From a bacterium (GTDB lineage Bacteria; Patescibacteriota; Minisyncoccia; Phycocordibacterales; GWA1-40-21): 64,000 bases of DNA. A program made the translations under genes and the position numbers. Below the pieces are notes generated by a model. That model did no database searches. It had not been told where the DNA came from and was given only the letters and a program-made list of their open reading frames with translations. The stretch spans positions 8,851 through 72,850 of the forward strand of contig JBAXQJ010000002.1 of the NCBI GenBank assembly GCA_037131755.1. The letters run 5' to 3'. Shown piece by piece: positions 59,764-64,000 of the stretch; within the stretch, counting starts at the first letter, position 1; the number at the start of each line of letters is the position of its first letter.

Positions 59764-61818
59764 ATGGCCAAAGATAAAGAGGAAAAGAAGGATAAGCACT
59801 ATGGCGCCGAACAGATTACCGTCTTGGAGGGCCTGGAGCCGGTCAGACGACGTCCGGGCATGTATATCGGTACTACCGGTCCCGACGGTCTGCACCACTT
59901 AATTACCGAGATTTTCGACAACTCGCGCGATGAAGCGATGAACGGCTATGCCAACGACATTGAAGTCGCTCTTTTACCAAACAATCGGGTTCGGGTCACT
60001 GATAACGGCCGAGGTATGCCTGTTGATATTCACAAGCAGACTAAAGTTTCGGCTATGGAAACTATCATGACAGTCCTTCATGCTGGTGGAAAGTTTGGTG
60101 GCGACGGTTATAGTGTGTCCGGTGGTTTGCATGGTGTGGGCGCCTCGGTGGTGAATGCTCTTTCGATTTATGTGAAGGTAACAGTCCATAAAGACGGAGG
60201 TGTTTATATGCAGGAATATTCTCAAGGCAAGAGAAAGGCACCGGTAAAAAAAATCGGTTCAACAAAATTCCATGGCACAGTTGTAACCTTTGAACCAGAT
60301 GCGGAGATATTCAAGGAGGGTGTCGTTTTTGATTACAATCGAGTGGTGTCGCATATGCGACAGCAGGCTTACCTGGTGAAAGGTCTGAAGATTGCCGTCA
60401 TCGATGCTAGAAATGTGACCGAAAAATTTGATGAGTCAGAGGCTTTTTATTTCCGTGAACTCGGTGTGGAGGCGCCTTCGATGACTTTCTATTTTGAGGG
60501 CGGTTTGTATTCGTTGATAAAATTTTATAACCAATTTCAGAAACCGGTTCATAAGAATGTCTTCTATGTTGAAAAGGGAACGGAGACGGTCAAATCTGTC
60601 GAAGTCGCCTTGCAGTATGTAGACGACGTATCAGCCCGGGTGGTGGCTTTTGCCAATAACATCAATACTCCAGAGGGCGGTACGCATGTGACCGGCTTCA
60701 AGACTGCTCTGACTCGAACCCTCAATTCTTACGGTAAGAAAAATAATATAATCAAAGATGGTGAAGACACTTTTACCGGTGATGATGTGTTGGAGGGTCT
60801 GACGGCGGTGGTGTCGGTCAAGTTGCGCGAGATCCAGTTTGAAGGACAAACCAAAGCCAAACTCGGCTCGGTAGAGGCCCGTGGAGCGGTTGAAGACGTC
60901 TTTGGGACAGCGTTTGAGATGTTTTTGGAAGAGAATCCGGATGATGCCCGAGCAATGATCGGCAAGGCCGTTTTGGCGATGAAGGCTCGAAAAGCCGCCA
61001 AAGCCGCCAAAGACTCCATTTTACGTAAGGGTGCTTTGGAAGGCATGACCTTGCCGGGAAAGCTGGCTGACTGTCAGACTGACGATGCCTCAGAATCAGA
61101 ACTCTTTATCGTTGAGGGAGATTCGGCCGGCGGTACGGCCAAGACCGGTCGCGATCGACGCACTCAGGCGATCTTGCCTTTGCGCGGAAAGATTTTGAAC
61201 ATCGAACGAGCGCGCCTCGATCGAATGCTCGGTTCCGAACAGATTAAAAACCTGGTGCTGGCTTTGGGAACGGCAATCGGCGATACGTTTAATTTGGAAA
61301 AATTGCGTTACCATAAGGTGATCATCGCCACCGATGCCGACGTGGACGGAGCACATATTCGAACTTTGCTTCTGACTTTATTCTATCGATATTTCAGACC
61401 GTTGGTTGATGGCGGATATATTTATATTGCTCAGCCACCGCTATACAAGATAAAGAAAGGAAAAGAAGTCCACTACATTTATTCTGAGGAAGAAAAAACA
61501 AAGAAGTTTGGTTCGGAGACCCCGATCGATGTTGAGGTGATTGAAGGCGGGGAAGTCATCGAAGAGACTGATGAAGAAGAACAAAAAGAGGGTAAAAACC
61601 AGAAACTTCACGTTCAGCGTTACAAAGGTCTTGGAGAAATGAACGCCGAAGAATTGTGGGAGACAACGATGGATCCAGTGCAAAGAATTTTGAAAAAGGT
61701 TAATGTCGCCGATGCTCAGGAGGCGGACAAGGTTTTTGATATGCTTATGGGTACCGATGTCCCAGCGAGAAAGTCTTTCATCCAGTCGAATGCCAAGATG
61801 GCGAATCTTGATATATAG
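59764..61818 (+). CDS. gyrB: DNA gyrase subunit B
   Basis: LEGLEPVRRRPGMYIG, DNGRG, SGGLHGVG, VEGDSAGG, PLRGK, TDADVDG, RYKGLGEM. Confidence 0.97.
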   Translation: MAKDKEEKKDKHYGAEQITVLEGLEPVRRRPGMYIGTTGPDGLHHLITEIFDNSRDEAMNGYANDIEVALLPNNRVRVTDNGRGMPVDIHKQTKVSAMETIMTVLHAGGKFGGDGYSVSGGLHGVGASVVNALSIYVKVTVHKDGGVYMQEYSQGKRKAPVKKIGSTKFHGTVVTFEPDAEIFKEGVVFDYNRVVSHMRQQAYLVKGLKIAVIDARNVTEKFDESEAFYFRELGVEAPSMTFYFEGGLYSLIKFYNQFQKPVHKNVFYVEKGTETVKSVEVALQYVDDVSARVVAFANNINTPEGGTHVTGFKTALTRTLNSYGKKNNIIKDGEDTFTGDDVLEGLTAVVSVKLREIQFEGQTKAKLGSVEARGAVEDVFGTAFEMFLEENPDDARAMIGKAVLAMKARKAAKAAKDSILRKGALEGMTLPGKLADCQTDDASESELFIVEGDSAGGTAKTGRDRRTQAILPLRGKILNIERARLDRMLGSEQIKNLVLALGTAIGDTFNLEKLRYHKVIIATDADVDGAHIRTLLLTLFYRYFRPLVDGGYIYIAQPPLYKIKKGKEVHYIYSEEEKTKKFGSETPIDVEVIEGGEVIEETDEEEQKEGKNQKLHVQRYKGLGEMNAEELWETTMDPVQRILKKVNVADAQEADKVFDMLMGTDVPARKSFIQSNAKMANLDI

Positions 61819-61825
61819 GTCGCTC

Positions 61826-61944
61826 GACTTCACGTTTTGGGAGCACGGATATTTTCTTGCCTGCCTCGCCGACTCATCAAGGCGGGCTAGAAAATTCCTC
61901 GAGTTCGCGCCGTCGTGCTCACTAGTCTCCCAAAACGTGAAGTC
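61826..61944. repeat. repeat-family core in a perfect 18 bp IR, with nested 27 bp unit
   Basis: GACTTCACGTTTTGGGAG/CTCCCAAAACGTGAAGTC; core nearly identical to 52299-52354; nested unit at 61860-61886. Confidence 0.85.
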
Positions 61945-61964
61945 TCGCTCCTACCTTAAAACCC

Positions 61965-62013
61965 TTTAATTTTCTAAGCTGGCTTCGCTAACACGTAAAA
62001 CGAATGGGCTCGC
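61965..62013 (+). repeat. 49 bp dispersed repeat, copy B
   Basis: 45/49 identical to 34551-34599. Confidence 0.8.
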
Positions 62014-62227
62014 CCCCGCACCTATTTTACAGAATGATCAATTATCTACATAGCAAACACTTGAGTTTCAAACATTTATATATCATCAAGTATTATTAGT
62101 GAAATAGGTGATGGGGCTCGCTTCTTTTCCTCAAAAACTTCTGCTTGTTTATCTTGTTTTTAGGGTGTAGAATTAAGACAAATATTAAAGGTCGGTTTTA
62201 GCCCTTTGTTTAAACCTATTCAATACC

Positions 62228-62461
62228 ATGAAAAGATCACATCCATTTTGGCTTGTGGTGGAGGGGATGATTTGGTTTGGCACCATCTATTTGTTTTTCT
62301 ATTTTATCCAAAACCCCGTCAACTATTTTTGGGCCGCTTTGACGATTACTTTGTGTTTGTTTGCGATCACTCTCACTTCGCCGGTCATGCGCAATATGCG
62401 TCAGATAAACAAGATCCTGGATAGGATCTTGGAAGAGGAGGCGAAAAAGTATGATATATGA
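62228..62461 (+). CDS. small hypothetical membrane protein (2 TM)
   Basis: 77 aa with two hydrophobic segments and a charged tail. Confidence 0.65.
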   Translation: MKRSHPFWLVVEGMIWFGTIYLFFYFIQNPVNYFWAALTITLCLFAITLTSPVMRNMRQINKILDRILEEEAKKYDI

Positions 62462-62488
62462 ACAGCTTGTAGGTCGTAGCTTTTTAGG

Positions 62489-62533
62489 AAAAATCAAAGG
62501 TGGGTTCGCGTAGCGAACCCACCTTTGATTTTT
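62489..62533. terminator. bidirectional terminator
   Basis: AAAAATCAAAGGTGGGTTCGC-GTA-GCGAACCCACCTTTGATTTTT. Confidence 0.85.
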
Positions 62534-62572
62534 ATTTGCCAAGAAGCTACAAGCTAATCAGCTATCTCTCTA

Positions 62573-63700
62573 TTATTTCACGAAAGACAAGCCCATCTTC
62601 TGATTCTTTGCCTCGAAGAGGAGAATCTTGAAAGTATAGCTCTTGCCCAATTCGATTTTTTCTTTCATCTTGGCCTCAGTGCCGAATTCAGAAATATGAA
62701 CCAAGCCGGAAATGCCTTCCTCGATCGAAGCGAGCGCACCGTGCTTGTTGAATTTGATCACCACGCCGGTTACCTCGTCGCCTTTCTTGTATTTCTTTTC
62801 TGCTTCGGTCCATGGATTTTCTTTGAGCAATTTGATCGAGAGGGAAATCTTTCCATCTTTGACCTCAATCACCTTGACCTTCACCTCATCGCCCACCTTG
62901 AACAAAGTCTTAGGATTTTCCACCAAAGTCCAATCGATTTCGGAAATGTGAACCAAACCTTCCAAACCTTCTTCAACCTTCACAAAGATACCAAAGTCTA
63001 CGATACCGGTGACTTTACCGTCCAAAACGTCGCCGACTTTGTACTTATCCACCACCTTTGACTTGCCTTTCTTCTCGATATTCTTTTCAGAGAAGATCAG
63101 TTTGCCTTCCTTAGGCAGAGCGGTGATCATGAGAACCGCGATTTTCTGGCCGACCAATTTCTTGAGTTCAACCAAAATCTTGTCTTTATCACCGTCTTCA
63201 ACGCGAGGATAGTGCTCGGTCTTCAACTGTGAAGCGGGGAGGAAACCCTTGATGCCTTGCCAGTTGATAATCAGACCACCTTTGTTTGCTTCTTCGACTG
63301 GTAATTCCAAAACTGTCTTGTTTTTGATTATTTCTTCCGCCTCGGTCCAGATCAAAGCTTGGCGAGCTTCCTTGAGAGAAAGTTCGATATAGCCTTCCTT
63401 GTTATCCATATCAACGATCTTGGCTGCCACGCTATCGCCGATGTTCAACTTCTTGATCACATCGCGAGTGTTGATGAATTCTTTTCCGTAGATGATACCG
63501 GTTCCAAATGGTGGCAAGTCGATATAGACCGCCGATTTTTCAATCCCGATCACTTTACCTTCGACAACATCGCCAACGTTTGCTGGGGTCGCGCTGTCAT
63601 TTAAAAACTTGGACATCAGACTGTCCTTCTTGGCCTTGGCGGCGAGTTCTTCCTCGGCAGTCAATTCCACTACTTTCTTTACTTTTGTCTCTTTACTCAT
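62573..63700 (-). CDS. rpsA: 30S ribosomal protein S1 (four S1 domains)
   Basis: GDVVEGKVI, NKGGL, GFLPASQL, DFGIFV, EGLVHISE, ISLSIK; start moved to ATG 63700. Confidence 0.93.
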   Translation of the reverse strand: MSKETKVKKVVELTAEEELAAKAKKDSLMSKFLNDSATPANVGDVVEGKVIGIEKSAVYIDLPPFGTGIIYGKEFINTRDVIKKLNIGDSVAAKIVDMDNKEGYIELSLKEARQALIWTEAEEIIKNKTVLELPVEEANKGGLIINWQGIKGFLPASQLKTEHYPRVEDGDKDKILVELKKLVGQKIAVLMITALPKEGKLIFSEKNIEKKGKSKVVDKYKVGDVLDGKVTGIVDFGIFVKVEEGLEGLVHISEIDWTLVENPKTLFKVGDEVKVKVIEVKDGKISLSIKLLKENPWTEAEKKYKKGDEVTGVVIKFNKHGALASIEEGISGLVHISEFGTEAKMKEKIELGKSYTFKILLFEAKNQKMGLSFVK

Positions 63701-63949
63701 AAAATAAAATATCCGCACGATGGCGGATTGATCCGGCGTTTTTACGCAACGGATTTTCGCCAAAAAGGTCCATTTGTCTTTAAAGCTTTACGCTCGGCCT
63801 TGAAAAAGGTCGGAGAAACGGTGTTATCTTTTTGAACGGCTTATGAAATATAAGCCAACTTATAACCCGCTCAGTATACAATATTTACCTTAAAATGCAA
63901 GCGTTTTGCGGTTGTTTTTGGGGTGAAAAAATGGTAAAATTAGCGAATT

Positions 63950-64000
63950 ATGATCATCACATATCAAGGTTTAGAATTTTTTAAAGTGCAGTTTGGCGAT
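63950..64000 (+). CDS. N-terminus of a probable MBL-fold metallo-hydrolase (runs off the window)
   Basis: MIITYQGLEFFKVQFGD preceded by TGgTAAAAT 9 nt upstream. Confidence 0.5.
   Translation, partial: MIITYQGLEFFKVQFGD

Overview
This is a 64 kb piece of core chromosome from a Patescibacteria (CPR) bacterium, most likely Parcubacteria/OD1, using genetic code 11. It holds a stand-alone 16S rRNA gene, three tRNAs, housekeeping genes (pyk, murD/C/B, part of the spc operon, secA, eno, gpmI, obg, gatB, rpiB, rpe, fba, rplY, rpmE, prfA, rpsB, tsf, gyrB, rpsA) and a 12 kb minus-strand glycan cluster with two fucosyltransferases. Four signals stand out. (1) Translation signals are split in two. The 16S rRNA has no anti-Shine-Dalgarno tail and about 15 resident genes start 6-10 nt after a -10 box (leaderless or nearly so), yet about ten dispersed, mostly ORFan genes in self-contained cassettes carry a -35/16 bp/-10 promoter, a canonical SD (weak in two cases) and their own terminator. 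(2) A modular, covarying palindromic repeat family sits in terminators, behind tRNA-Ile, in a candidate ncRNA, in frame inside murC and possibly in 16S helix 40. (3) The PheRS is a single-chain, mitochondrial-type enzyme. (4) There is an unannotated 22-aa Lys-rich peptide gene. All calls come from reading the sequence by eye; no searches were run.
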